NCBI GenBank assembly: GCA_963666215.2
Contig: CAXWPL010000005.1
Coordinates: 192,001-256,000 of the forward strand
Origin: Acidobacteriota bacterium
GTDB taxonomy: Bacteria; Acidobacteriota; UBA890; WLXD01
DNA: 64,000 nt
Direction of reading: 5' to 3'
The notes beneath the pieces were generated by a model. The model was not told the DNA's origin, searched no databases, and was given only the letters and a program-made list of their open reading frames with translations. Of this stretch, positions 32,101 through 41,108 are shown piece after piece. Positions within the stretch are counted from its first letter, which is position 1. Every line of letters begins with the position of its first letter. Both the position numbers and the translations under genes were made by a program.

Positions 32101-32728
32101 GGCGCACCAGGTCTGGATTGATCCGGCGTTGCTCCTCGAGCCCCTGGTCCTGGAGCTCGATGTAGAAGTTGTCGCGCCCGAAGATGTCGACCATCTCGCC
32201 GGTAACCGTTCGCGCCGCCGCGATGTCGCCGCCAACAAGGTGGGCGCAGATCTCGCTCGACAGGCAGCCGCTGGTTGCGATCAGGCCGTCGGAATACGCC
32301 GCCAGCACCTCGCGATCGATCCGCGGGCGGTAGTAGAAGCCCTCGAGGTAGCCAATGCTCGAGAGTTTCATGAGGTTCCGATAACCGGCGTTGTTTCGCG
32401 CCAAGAGCAACAGATGGCGCGAATGCTGGCCTTGCCGACCACGGTCGCGGGCGCTCCGCGAACCGGGGGCAATGTAGGCCTCCATGCCGATGATGGGCTT
32501 GACGTTCCGCTTACGGGCTCGGCGATAGAACTGCACGGCGCCGAACATGTTCCCGTGGTCGGTCAACGCCACGGCGCCCATACCAAGATCCTCGCAGCGA
32601 TCAATCAGCCCGTCGATGCGCGTGGCGCCGTCGAGCAGCGAGAAACTGCTGTGGTTGTGGAGGTGGACGAAGCCGTTCGACGGCTTTGTGCCCCCCGATC
32701 GCCGTGCTCCTGCCTTCACCCCCGTCAT
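29120..32728 (-). CDS. dnaE: DNA polymerase III alpha subunit
   Basis: PHP domain FVHLHNHSSFSLLDG, GPGRGSAAGS, FERFLNPER.SMPDIDIDF, HAAGVVI, KMDFLGL, GYGFNKSHSAAY, OB fold. Confidence 0.99.
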   Translation of the reverse strand: MTGVKAGARRSGGTKPSNGFVHLHNHSSFSLLDGATRIDGLIDRCEDLGMGAVALTDHGNMFGAVQFYRRARKRNVKPIIGMEAYIAPGSRSARDRGRQGQHSRHLLLLARNNAGYRNLMKLSSIGYLEGFYYRPRIDREVLAAYSDGLIATSGCLSSEICAHLVGGDIAAARTVTGEMVDIFGRDNFYIELQDQGLEEQRRINPDLVRLASEFSLPLVGTNDCHYLRRTDAEPHDVLLCIQTGKGINDENRMKFPNNEFYLKTQEEMAKVFADVPEALASTAEIAERCNVEIDLSSMHLPRFPVPDGHDLEGYFASVVQDGFEERLSELGRRGLVHPEEVYRERLAYEIGVIRKMGFPGYFLIVWDFIRFARERGIPVGPGRGSAAGSLVAYALRITDIDPLTYGLVFERFLNPERISMPDIDIDFCMRRRGEVIEYVARKYGRDKVAHIITFGTMAAKAAIRDVGRALEMPYGDVDRIARLIPNEIDATIADARKGVASLREALEEPEVERLVDLAEALEGQVRHASTHAAGVVISDEPLTNYVPLYQPPGSQSAQATKAGEDSSASHFVVTQYPMKDVEAIGLLKMDFLGLRTLTLVHDCLASISRQLGREVTAADIPLDDVATYKLFAQAATSGVFQFESTGMRDALRKLKPTRLDDLIAMNALYRPGPIRSGMIDEYIRRKHDPSKVKYELPELEEALRETHGVIVYQEQVMRLAATLAGFSLGQADVLRSAMGKKKPEIMASMEEQFLGGCFEKGLPAGRARKIWDMIVEFAGYGFNKSHSAAYALLAYQTGYLKTNYPVHFMAALLTTERDNTDKVVAYTNECRSMEIAIRPPAINESHVNFTPVGEAIRFGLAAIKGVGEGAVLAILEARDRVGRFANLAEFCEEVDLSRGINRRTVESLIKAGAIDDLLGDHGELTVGVRRAILHAQLEGAMESGQRAQRDRDSGQTSLFADLVASSNSGGGHAPMPPLPQCEAWSEREVLNAEKEALGFYVTGHPLEQYAERMQGLVDTTTKELLAANTRADVTLGGMVTAVRQLRTRKGDAMAVIELEDTEGRAEVVIFPRAYARCYRDLELDAVLLARGRPESNEETPRMIASEITSLSRAEHRRTQDSARQVRVDVDLGKVAPFIATALVEVLERSRGSIPVTFEVACPQPEGFVAHVQTNRYLFVAPTRALVRDLEALLGEGTVRLLT

Positions 32729-32834
32729 GATCGCTGCACTATAGCGGCTACCTGCCGAGCCGTCAGGCGACGTCTGCGTGTGTCCGCCGAGCAGGTGCGA
32801 CAGCGTCACCTAACGGACGCTTACAATCGGCTCC

Positions 32835-33443
32835 ATGGAAGCGGCCGCAACAACCCGACCGAGTCGACCAGAGGCCCTCGTACTCGCCCTGTGGGCGCTG
32901 GCGGCCGTCGTGTCGGCGGCGTGTGTTTCCGCCCCTCGACCGGCCGGCCCGACCACACTCGGCGGCCGAGCACCAGCGGCGCGCGTCGGCGAGACGGCGC
33001 CCGCGCTGGAGCGTATCGGGCACAGCGACGGTCCGCTCTTGCTGGAGAACGCGCAGCTGACATGGCTGCACGTCAGCGCCACCGGCGGCGCGTTCCGTTG
33101 GAAGTCGCGCCTCGTCAATCCGACTTCCACCCTCTTCGACGTGACGGTGGTCGTCGAGCTCCGCGATCGCGACGGCCGCATGCTCACGTCGACGAGCGCG
33201 GCGTATGTCCTCGGTGGCGGCGACCAGCGCTCGATCTTCGGAGAGGGAATGCTCGACCCCGAGGCTCTGGAGCGCGTAGCGACGTGGCGGATTGAGTACT
33301 GGATCGAGATGCCGCGCCAAGCGTCGGACCCTGGCGGCCAGATGGCGCCGCTCGCGGGGCGAGGAATCGCACCCAGCGGAGCTGGCGCGACCACACGATG
33401 GCTGGCGATGGCTACATCAGGCTCATCGGATCGACGTCGATAA
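32835..33443 (+). CDS. Putative lipoprotein
   Basis: Hydrophobic signal ending in SAAC (lipobox-like), beta-rich body; TACAAT 7 nt before the ATG; 3' end overlaps priA convergently. Confidence 0.6.
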   Translation: MEAAATTRPSRPEALVLALWALAAVVSAACVSAPRPAGPTTLGGRAPAARVGETAPALERIGHSDGPLLLENAQLTWLHVSATGGAFRWKSRLVNPTSTLFDVTVVVELRDRDGRMLTSTSAAYVLGGGDQRSIFGEGMLDPEALERVATWRIEYWIEMPRQASDPGGQMAPLAGRGIAPSGAGATTRWLAMATSGSSDRRR

Positions 33444-36105
33444 CCAGTTCTCGAGGCACCTGCTTGCGGGTCGCCAGGAGCGCTCGAGCCTCTGCCAGCA
33501 CGCTCAGCAGCAGGCCTCGATCGCCTGCCTTGAGCAGCACCTGCATACGGTAGCGGCCACGCAATCGCGACAAGAGCGGGGCGGCCGGCCCCAGCACATC
33601 AACCGAAGAGGCTGCGTCGGACTTCGAGCTCACCTCGCGCAACGCCGCCGCCAAGCTCGCCGCTTCTTCGCGGACGCTCTCGAGAAGCGCGCCGCGACAC
33701 ACACACACCGCGATGCGACAGAAAGGTGGGTAGCGCAGGCTACGCCGGTACTCGATCTCGCGCGCGTAGAAGGCATGGTAGTCGTGCTCCAGCGCCGCCT
33801 CGATGGCGTAGTGGTCTGGCTGTAGGGCCTGCATCACCACCTGGCCACCGAGGTCGCTGCGACCGGTTCGACCGGCCATTTGTGTGAGCAGCTGGAACGT
33901 GCGCTCCGAGGAACGGAAGTCGGGAACCGATAGCGAGGCATCGGCGCCAACCACGCCCACCAGCGTCACTGCCGGAAAGTCATGCCCCTTGGCAAGCATC
34001 TGCGTTCCAACCAGGACGTCGATCTTGTGTGCGGCGAAATCGGCCAGAATCCGCGCGTGAGCACCGCGACCACGCGTCTCGTCGGCGTCGAAGCGACCAA
34101 CCCTCGCCGAGGGGAACGCCTTCTCGATGGCGCCCTGCAGCCGTTCGGTGCCAATCCCGAGATCGTGCATGTGCCGCGAGCCACAGGTCGGGCAGCTCCG
34201 CGGCAACCCTCGAGAATGGTCGCAGTAGTGGCAACGCAGCCGGCCCTCGCCACGGTGCAGCGTCAGCGTGACGGCACAGTCGGGACACTCGAGTCGCTCA
34301 CCGCAGGCTCGACACATGATCGAGCTGGCGAAACCGCGACGGTTGAGCAGCACCAGTACCTGCTCGCGGCGAGGTAGTCGCTCGCCGATCGCCTCCTCGA
34401 GTGTTTCCGACACCAGGGTGCGACCGTTGGCCAACCATTCGCTTCGCATGTCGACGAGCTCGACGCTGGGTAGTGGCCGTGCGCCGACACGTGCCGGCAT
34501 CTCCGCCAGGCGCTTGGCGCCGTGAGTGGCCCGGTAGTAGCTCTCGATCGCCGGGGTCGCAGAACCGAGCACGACGGCGGCACCTTCGAGTCGGGCGCGC
34601 CAAATCGCCACATCGCGCCCTTGATAGCGTGGCCGCTCTTCCTGCTTGTAGGCGCTGTCCTGCTCCTCGTCCACGACGATCAGGCCGACGTCGTCGAGCG
34701 GAGCAAACAGCGCCGAGCGCGGCCCGATGACAACGGCGGCCTCGCCTCGACGCGCCCGCCAGAACGCCTCGAGACGCTCACCGCCGGAAAGCCCGGAGTG
34801 CCAAACCGCTACGCGGTCGCCCAGAACCGCTCGAGCACGCCGCTCGAGCTGTGGCGTCAGCCCGATCTCGGGCACCAAGAGCAGTGCGGTACGTCCACGC
34901 GTAACGGCACCAGCCGCGGCGCGGAGATAGACCTCGGTCTTGCCGCTGCCTGTCACGCCATGCAGGAGGATCGGACGCGAGTCTCGGCACGTGATGGCTT
35001 CGCGAACCGTAACCAGGGCCGCGGCCTGGTCCGCGGTGAGCCGGAAGGTCCCGGCGCCGTCGCCGCTGCCCTCGTGCTGCGCGGTGCGCGGCCGCGGCCT
35101 CCGAAGACGCTCGACGAGCCCCTTGTCGACCAGGGCTCGCACGGTGGCGGGCGTCGTGCCGGCTCGCTCCACCGCTTCGGCCTCGTAAAGACCAGGCTGC
35201 AGTGCGCGGGGCCCGAGCCCAGGCTCGGCCAGAAGCTCGATCAGGCGACGCTGCGCGGGAGCGCGCTGCAGCGACTCAGCGACCGTCCTCGAATCCACGT
35301 GCGCAGCGAGTCGAATCGCTGCCACGAGGCGACCCGGCGGTGGGCCCGACCACTCGTCCTCGACGTCGACCCAGCCCCGCCGAGCCAGTTCGTACAGCTG
35401 TGCGACGCCGCCCGGCCGGCGCTTCGACAAGCGCGACGCCGATAGCCAGCGACCACGCTTGGCGCTGTCGCGACCCGCTTCAACCATGCTGCCGAGCTGC
35501 ACGAGAAGTTCGACTGCCCCCTCGCCGAGCGGTCTGTGCCTCGCGACTCTGGCATCCGGCCACGCACCGCCGGACACCGCCCCGTCGGTCAATCGGGCGC
35601 TGTCGGTGAGACTGGGCTGGGCGAGCTCCTGCAAGCCGGCCTCGGTGAGCCGCAGGCGCCGGCCCACCTGTGCATCGATCCGACCGGGAACCGCCAGCGG
35701 CAAGACCTCCCCCCATCCGGCCAGATAAACCTGTGCAACCTGTCGAGTCAGCGCCAGCACGGCGGGCGGCAGCAGTGCCTCTCTGTCGAGGCAATCGTGA
35801 ATGGCTCTGATGCGCGCGAAATCGAGGCCGTCGGCTGGCTCGTCGGCGATTTCGACGACGATACCGACCAGCTGTCTCCCGGAGAACGGCACCGAGACAC
35901 GCATTCCTGGCAGCAGCGGCCAATCGGCGGGAACGAGATAGTCGAACGTGCGCTCGATGGGCGCTGGCACGGCGACCCTGACGACACGGTCGGTGTTATC
36001 AGAAAGACCGGCAAGATCTGAAGAGTCCGGAGCATCGCCGCGATCGCGATCGTTCCGACCCGCCGAACCCGGAACCGTGTCGCCGAGGCGCAGCTGCCGC
36101 GGCAC
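33412..36105 (-). CDS. priA: Primosomal protein N' (replication restart helicase)
   Basis: TFDY, GVTGSGKTEVY, LVPEIGLTPQ, GSATP, four CxxC, GTQMLAKGHDFP, GRTGR, DVDPMSL. Confidence 0.98.
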   Translation of the reverse strand: MPRQLRLGDTVPGSAGRNDRDRGDAPDSSDLAGLSDNTDRVVRVAVPAPIERTFDYLVPADWPLLPGMRVSVPFSGRQLVGIVVEIADEPADGLDFARIRAIHDCLDREALLPPAVLALTRQVAQVYLAGWGEVLPLAVPGRIDAQVGRRLRLTEAGLQELAQPSLTDSARLTDGAVSGGAWPDARVARHRPLGEGAVELLVQLGSMVEAGRDSAKRGRWLSASRLSKRRPGGVAQLYELARRGWVDVEDEWSGPPPGRLVAAIRLAAHVDSRTVAESLQRAPAQRRLIELLAEPGLGPRALQPGLYEAEAVERAGTTPATVRALVDKGLVERLRRPRPRTAQHEGSGDGAGTFRLTADQAAALVTVREAITCRDSRPILLHGVTGSGKTEVYLRAAAGAVTRGRTALLLVPEIGLTPQLERRARAVLGDRVAVWHSGLSGGERLEAFWRARRGEAAVVIGPRSALFAPLDDVGLIVVDEEQDSAYKQEERPRYQGRDVAIWRARLEGAAVVLGSATPAIESYYRATHGAKRLAEMPARVGARPLPSVELVDMRSEWLANGRTLVSETLEEAIGERLPRREQVLVLLNRRGFASSIMCRACGERLECPDCAVTLTLHRGEGRLRCHYCDHSRGLPRSCPTCGSRHMHDLGIGTERLQGAIEKAFPSARVGRFDADETRGRGAHARILADFAAHKIDVLVGTQMLAKGHDFPAVTLVGVVGADASLSVPDFRSSERTFQLLTQMAGRTGRSDLGGQVVMQALQPDHYAIEAALEHDYHAFYAREIEYRRSLRYPPFCRIAVCVCRGALLESVREEAASLAAALREVSSKSDAASSVDVLGPAAPLLSRLRGRYRMQVLLKAGDRGLLLSVLAEARALLATRKQVPRELVIDVDPMSLM

Positions 36106-36107
36106 GC

Positions 36108-37598
36108 TCAGAGCGACTCGCGAGCATCGCTCGACTGGTCATCCCACGGATCGGCGCTCTCGTCCGCCCACAAAGCCTCGAAGCTGGCGCGCGGGCGAAC
36201 CACGGCGAATCGATCGCCCGAAACCCACACCTGCGCAGGTCGCGGTGTGGCGTTGTATTCGGAGGCCATCACGAAGCCGTAGGCCCCGGTATGGCAAACA
36301 GAAACCAGATCGCCCGCGGCGAGCTCCGGAAGCAGCTCACACTCGGCGAGCAGATCGCCCGCTTCGCAGAGCGGCCCGGCCAGCTGTGTTTCGATCTCGC
36401 CGCGGTGGGCCGCGCGATCGTCCGCCGAGCCCGCGCACCGAGTTGACAGCACACGGTGATGCGCACCGTAGAGCGCTGGACGCAGCAACGCGCTCATGCC
36501 GGCATCGCAGATTGCCAGTCGCCGGCCTTGCCGGTTGCGAACCCGCACGACACGCGTGGTGAGCAAGCCGCAGCGGGCCGCCACAGCGCGTCCGGGCTCG
36601 GTGATCAGGTCGCCGTCCCACTTCCGCAGAACCGGCTCGAGCGCACGTGCCAAATCGAGAGGCCGTGGTGCCTGTCCGGCGCCGCTCTCATCGACCGCAA
36701 GTCCGCCACCAAGATCGAGCGTGGTGACCGGTTGGCCGCGCTCGCGCAGCCGCAACGCGGCCGCCAGCGCGTACTGGGCCGCGGCCACAACCGGGCCGAG
36801 GTCGTGGAGCTGCGAGCCAATGTGCACGGCAACGCACGAAACGCGGAGGCCGTGCAGGCGCGCGGCGTCGCCCACAAGAGTCTCGACCTCGGCCGAGTCG
36901 AGGCCGAACTTGGTGTGGCGCGGGCCCGTCGCGATCGCCGGATGAGTGCGCGGGTCAAGGTCCGGATTGAGACGCAAGCCTACGGAGATCTCACGACGAT
37001 GCTTCACCTGGGCCGCCGCGATCGCAACCGCCTCGTCAACAGCCTCGATGTTGATCTGCGCAACGCCCAGTTCGATTGCCGCGTCGATATCGTCGTCCGA
37101 TTTGCCGGGCCCCGAATACACGACACGCCGAGGATCGCCGCCGGCCGCCAGGAGCCGCCGCAGCTCACCCACCGAGACGATGTCGAAACCGGCACCGAGT
37201 GTCGCCAGCTTGTGGAGAACGACGAGCGCATCATTGGCCTTGACGGCGAAGCAGGCGCGATGGCACGACTCGCCGAAGCCGATCGTTGCGAAGGCATCTC
37301 GCCAGGTGTCGAAGTCGCGCTCGAGGACGCGTTCGCTGTAGCTGTAGAATGGCGTGCCCACGCGCTCGGCAACCGCTGTGAGGTCGACGTCGTCCTGATA
37401 CAACTGAATCAGCGACGCCGAATCGGCTGCCCAAGTGCCGCGCGGCGGCCGGTACTTCAGTCCGAGCTCATCGAGCAGATTCAGACTCGCGTCGACCGCA
37501 GGGCCGCCCTCGGCGGAAGCAGGCGCCACGGCTGGCGCCGGCGACAAGGCCGCGGCCGTATCAGGCTTGACGGCTGTTGGCGGCGACAAGGCCCCCAT
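36108..37598 (-). CDS. lysA: Diaminopimelate decarboxylase
   Basis: GTPFYSYS, FAVKAN, FDIVSVGEL, TKFG, HIGSQ, EPGR, GPLCEAGD, GAYG.VMASEYN; start uncertain. Confidence 0.93.
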   Translation of the reverse strand: MGALSPPTAVKPDTAAALSPAPAVAPASAEGGPAVDASLNLLDELGLKYRPPRGTWAADSASLIQLYQDDVDLTAVAERVGTPFYSYSERVLERDFDTWRDAFATIGFGESCHRACFAVKANDALVVLHKLATLGAGFDIVSVGELRRLLAAGGDPRRVVYSGPGKSDDDIDAAIELGVAQINIEAVDEAVAIAAAQVKHRREISVGLRLNPDLDPRTHPAIATGPRHTKFGLDSAEVETLVGDAARLHGLRVSCVAVHIGSQLHDLGPVVAAAQYALAAALRLRERGQPVTTLDLGGGLAVDESGAGQAPRPLDLARALEPVLRKWDGDLITEPGRAVAARCGLLTTRVVRVRNRQGRRLAICDAGMSALLRPALYGAHHRVLSTRCAGSADDRAAHRGEIETQLAGPLCEAGDLLAECELLPELAAGDLVSVCHTGAYGFVMASEYNATPRPAQVWVSGDRFAVVRPRASFEALWADESADPWDDQSSDARESL

Positions 37599-37669
37599 GG
37601 AAGCCCGTCGCAAGTTGCTCGACCTACATCGCATGGGGCGCTCTCGAGCGGTATGGCGTCCGCTGGCCG

Positions 37670-38509
37670 CTAGCCGTCGACCTCGAGCCGACGCATCACC
37701 TGTTGCATATCGTCCCACACCATACGCTTCGCTGACGGCGTCCGCAGCAAGTAGGCGGGGTGATACGTGCAGTACGTGGCGATCCCCTGCCAGTTGTGGA
37801 AACGTCCGCGCATGCGTGCAAGAGACTCTTCACGATCCATCACCGATCGCACGGCCACTCGGCCCAGCAGAACGATGACCCGCGGGCGAATCAGCGCCAC
37901 CTGGCGCAGCAGGAAGTGGCGACAAGAGGCGATTTCCTCGGCGCTCGGGTTGCGATTGTTCGGCGGTCGACATTTGGCGGCGTTGGCGATGTACACGTCC
38001 TCGCGACGAAGCCCCATCGCTTCGATGATGCGATTGAGCAGCTGGCCGGCTCGCCCAACGAACGGCTCCCCTTGCAGATCCTCGTCATGCCCGGGGGCCT
38101 CACCAATGAACATCAGGTCCGCGTTCGGGCTGCCGACACCAAACACAACCTTCGTGCGCTTCTCGCACAGCCGGCAGGAAGTGCAGCCGAGAGCCTCACG
38201 CTCGACCTGTCCGAGGTCGAGATCGTGACTGGCGGACCCACTGAGGTCGTGGTCGCTAGCGCCCATGTCGGGCGCGGCGACCGACTCGAACACATGTGGA
38301 ACTGGCGTGCTGACCGGCCCCGGCGAAACACCGGGATTCATCGATCGCGAGTCCGCGGAGTGCGGAGCCAGCGGAGGGGATGACACCGACGGCTGGGACC
38401 CAGTCTCAGTCGACACCCCAGGCGGCGATTCGAGGCCCCACACGCCATCTTCGGCGAGCTCCTCCAGATGCAGGGCGACCTGTCGTCGGAGTCGGTCGCT
38501 CGGGCTCAT
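37670..38509 (-). CDS. Uracil-DNA glycosylase family 4 (4Fe-4S)
   Basis: [36 protein letters not shown]. Confidence 0.93.
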   Translation of the reverse strand: MSPSDRLRRQVALHLEELAEDGVWGLESPPGVSTETGSQPSVSSPPLAPHSADSRSMNPGVSPGPVSTPVPHVFESVAAPDMGASDHDLSGSASHDLDLGQVEREALGCTSCRLCEKRTKVVFGVGSPNADLMFIGEAPGHDEDLQGEPFVGRAGQLLNRIIEAMGLRREDVYIANAAKCRPPNNRNPSAEEIASCRHFLLRQVALIRPRVIVLLGRVAVRSVMDREESLARMRGRFHNWQGIATYCTYHPAYLLRTPSAKRMVWDDMQQVMRRLEVDG

Positions 38510-39804
38510 CCGTTATCGCTCAAGAGCTGCCGCCGGATGGCGTCCCAGATCGCCACCGCCACCTCGCCCTTTGGCCGTTGCGAGACGCTTTCCCGGCTGC
38601 CATCGCGGCCCAAGATCACCACTTCGTTGTCGTCGGCTGCGATGCCCGAGCGGGCCAACGCGTCGCCCACTACCTGGTTGGCGACGATGAGATCGCACCC
38701 TTTGAGCCGCAGCTTGTCGAGGGCGCGCTTCTCCAGCGCTTCGCTCTCGGCTGCGAAGCCCACCAACAGCGGGCTTGCCGCGCCCGACTCGCGGCCACTC
38801 GCTTCCTCGGTGCCAGCGGCGCGGGCACCGCCCAGCTCGGCCAGGATGTCGACTGTCCGCTGCAACCGCAGCTGCAACGAGTCGGCACCGTTCTTCTTGA
38901 TCTTCTGCTCGCTGATCTCCGCCGGTGTGAAGTCGGCCACCGCGGCCGCCATCACGACAACAGCCGCGTCGGCCGCTTCGCGTAGAGTGGCGGTGCGCAT
39001 CTCGGCCGCAGACTCCACGGCGATCGCACGGACGCCACTCGGCGCCGCAAGGGTCCCGTGCGACCCTTGACCGAGCGACCCTGGCCCCGGTCCATGAACC
39101 AGAGTGACCGCGCCGCCGACCAGCCTCGCCTCGCGCGCCAGCGCGAACCCCATCTTGCCGCTCGACCGGTTGCTGAGAAACCGAATCGGATCAATCCGCT
39201 CGCGGGTCGGGCCCGCCGTAATCACCACCTTACGGCCGTCGAGCCAGCGCTGCGGCGAGCCACCCGCAAGCAGACGCCGCGCCGTCGCGACAATCTCGCC
39301 GGGCTCCGCCATCCTCCCCGGCCCCACACGCCCCGACGCCAGCGGGCCAGAGTTCGGCCCGACCGTGGTCACTCCTCGTTCCACGAGCCGGCGGAGATTC
39401 CGCTGCACCGCCGGGTGGCGGTACATGTCGTCCTCCATCGCCGGCGCGACCAGGGTCGGACCCCTGAACGCCAGGTGAAGAGTCGACGGAAAATCGTCGG
39501 CGATGCCGTGCGCCATGCGAGCCAGAAAATCGGCCGTGCAGGGCGCCACACACAGCAGATCACCCCACTCTGCCCAGCGAACGTGCGGCACCTCGTGTGG
39601 CGCCGGATGGTCGAACAGGTCGCTGACCACCGGCTCGCCGCTGAGAGCGGCGAAGGTGGTCGGGCCGACGAATTGGGTGGCTGCTCGGCTCATCGCCACC
39701 CGCACCACAGCGCCGTGGTCACGCAAGCGTCGCACCACTTCGCAGGCCTTGTAGCAGGCGATGCCACCGCTCACCGCCAACACAACGCGGGGCGAGCGGC
39801 TCAC
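38506..39804 (-). CDS. coaBC: Bifunctional phosphopantothenoylcysteine decarboxylase / phosphopantothenate--cysteine ligase
   Basis: VSGGIACYK, APAM, GRMAEP, TAGPTRERIDPIRFLSNRSSGKMG, AAVADF, VGFAAES; start uncertain. Confidence 0.96.
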   Translation of the reverse strand: MSRSPRVVLAVSGGIACYKACEVVRRLRDHGAVVRVAMSRAATQFVGPTTFAALSGEPVVSDLFDHPAPHEVPHVRWAEWGDLLCVAPCTADFLARMAHGIADDFPSTLHLAFRGPTLVAPAMEDDMYRHPAVQRNLRRLVERGVTTVGPNSGPLASGRVGPGRMAEPGEIVATARRLLAGGSPQRWLDGRKVVITAGPTRERIDPIRFLSNRSSGKMGFALAREARLVGGAVTLVHGPGPGSLGQGSHGTLAAPSGVRAIAVESAAEMRTATLREAADAAVVVMAAAVADFTPAEISEQKIKKNGADSLQLRLQRTVDILAELGGARAAGTEEASGRESGAASPLLVGFAAESEALEKRALDKLRLKGCDLIVANQVVGDALARSGIAADDNEVVILGRDGSRESVSQRPKGEVAVAIWDAIRRQLLSDNG

Positions 39805-39856
39805 GAGGGGTTCTCCCGGTCTCTTGCTCGTCGACGGCGCGGGACGGTCGTCTACC

Positions 39857-40237
39857 CTAGTCGGAATCGGAAGCGGCGCTGACGCCCGGTTCCGCCGGCG
39901 TCGCCCCCTTGGCGGCGTCCGGTTCGGCGACACCGACAGGTGCGGCGTCGGCTGCGGCCGCCGCCGCGATCAGCGGCGCTACCCCGAATGCCGCGGCGGA
40001 GAGTAGATCCTCCCTTTCGATGGCCTCGAACGTCTCGAGCTCCGGCGAGCCCACCTCGAGCACCTTCCAGGGCACCAGGCCGTCCGACACCTCTTGAACG
40101 GCCAGGATGGTGTACTTCCGCGCGCCGGTGTTGAGCTTGGGCGCGGCGCCGCGCATCAGCTGCAAGCAGCGTTGCGCGGCAACCTCCACAAACAGGTACT
40201 CGCTGGCCGGCTTCGTGCCGTCCGGTGCATCACTCAT
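39857..40237 (-). CDS. rpoZ: RNA polymerase omega subunit
   Basis: SEYLFVEVAAQRCLQLMRGAAP...AVQEV; canonical gmk-rpoZ-coaBC position. Confidence 0.8.
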   Translation of the reverse strand: MSDAPDGTKPASEYLFVEVAAQRCLQLMRGAAPKLNTGARKYTILAVQEVSDGLVPWKVLEVGSPELETFEAIEREDLLSAAAFGVAPLIAAAAAADAAPVGVAEPDAAKGATPAEPGVSAASDSD

Positions 40238-40310
40238 ATTGAACCTCTTCACTCTGGGCCGGCGCAGCTCGTCCGGCCAGTTCGAACCATTTCCTTGGTG
40301 GTTGTCGGGA

Positions 40311-41108
40311 CTAACCCGACTCGCGAGTGCCCATGCCCTTGGCATGTTCGGCGACACCAGCGTCGTACAGGCGATCTCCGGAGCCCGGAGCCGCCTCGAA
40401 CGAGCGTAAGATCGATTGTGCCAGCCCGACGCGACGAGCACGTCGGCTACGCTCCGCCCTAACGATACTCGCGAGCTCCTCCGTCGCCAATTCAATATCT
40501 TCGTTGACGACGATGTAGTCGTAGTGGACAAACTGTGAGATCTCGTCAACGGCGACGCGCAATCGCCGGCCGATTGTGACGCTGGTCGCCTTGTCGCTGG
40601 CATCGCGTCCAACCAACCAATCGCGTAGAGCACCGCTCGAGGGCGGCAGCACGAACACCGTCACCGCCTCCGACATCTCGCGGCGTAAGTTCGCGGCCCC
40701 CTGGACGTCGATCACGAGCAGCGCGTCGTGACCATTCGCCGCTCCTCCAAGCGTGTGAATGCGATCGAGCTCACTGCGTGGGGTGGCGTACAGATTGCCG
40801 TGCACTTCGGCCCACTCCAGGAAAGCACCGTCATCACGCCGACGCTCGAACTCGGCGCGATCGATAAAGAAATAGTCGATCGCGTCGCGCTCGTCATGAC
40901 GCGGCGCACGGGTGGTGCAGGAAATCGTACGCGTGAGCCGATCGACACGCTCGAGCAGACGCAGAGCCAAGGTGGTCTTACCGGCCCCGGAAGGCGCCGA
41001 CAGAACGAATGGGATTCGCGCGCTCGTCACGTCCTCGATCCGGTCGGACAGGCGTGGCGACTGTTGGCAGTGCGCTTCCCCGGTGGCGGTCTTGCTGGTC
41101 CCGCTCAC
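40311..41108 (-). CDS. gmk: Guanylate kinase
   Basis: SAPSGAGKTT, SCTTRAPR, FLEWAEVHGNLY, IDVQGA, VLPPS, YDYIVVN. Confidence 0.96.
   Translation of the reverse strand: MSGTSKTATGEAHCQQSPRLSDRIEDVTSARIPFVLSAPSGAGKTTLALRLLERVDRLTRTISCTTRAPRHDERDAIDYFFIDRAEFERRRDDGAFLEWAEVHGNLYATPRSELDRIHTLGGAANGHDALLVIDVQGAANLRREMSEAVTVFVLPPSSGALRDWLVGRDASDKATSVTIGRRLRVAVDEISQFVHYDYIVVNEDIELATEELASIVRAERSRRARRVGLAQSILRSFEAAPGSGDRLYDAGVAEHAKGMGTRESG

Noticed and set aside
29120-32728. Intein in dnaE
   Set aside because: Length is normal (about 1200 aa); only a short low-complexity insert and no splicing motifs
39857-40633. 258-aa ORF as an extended RpoZ
   Set aside because: The upstream part overlaps gmk out of frame; the RpoZ-like sequence begins at ATG 40237
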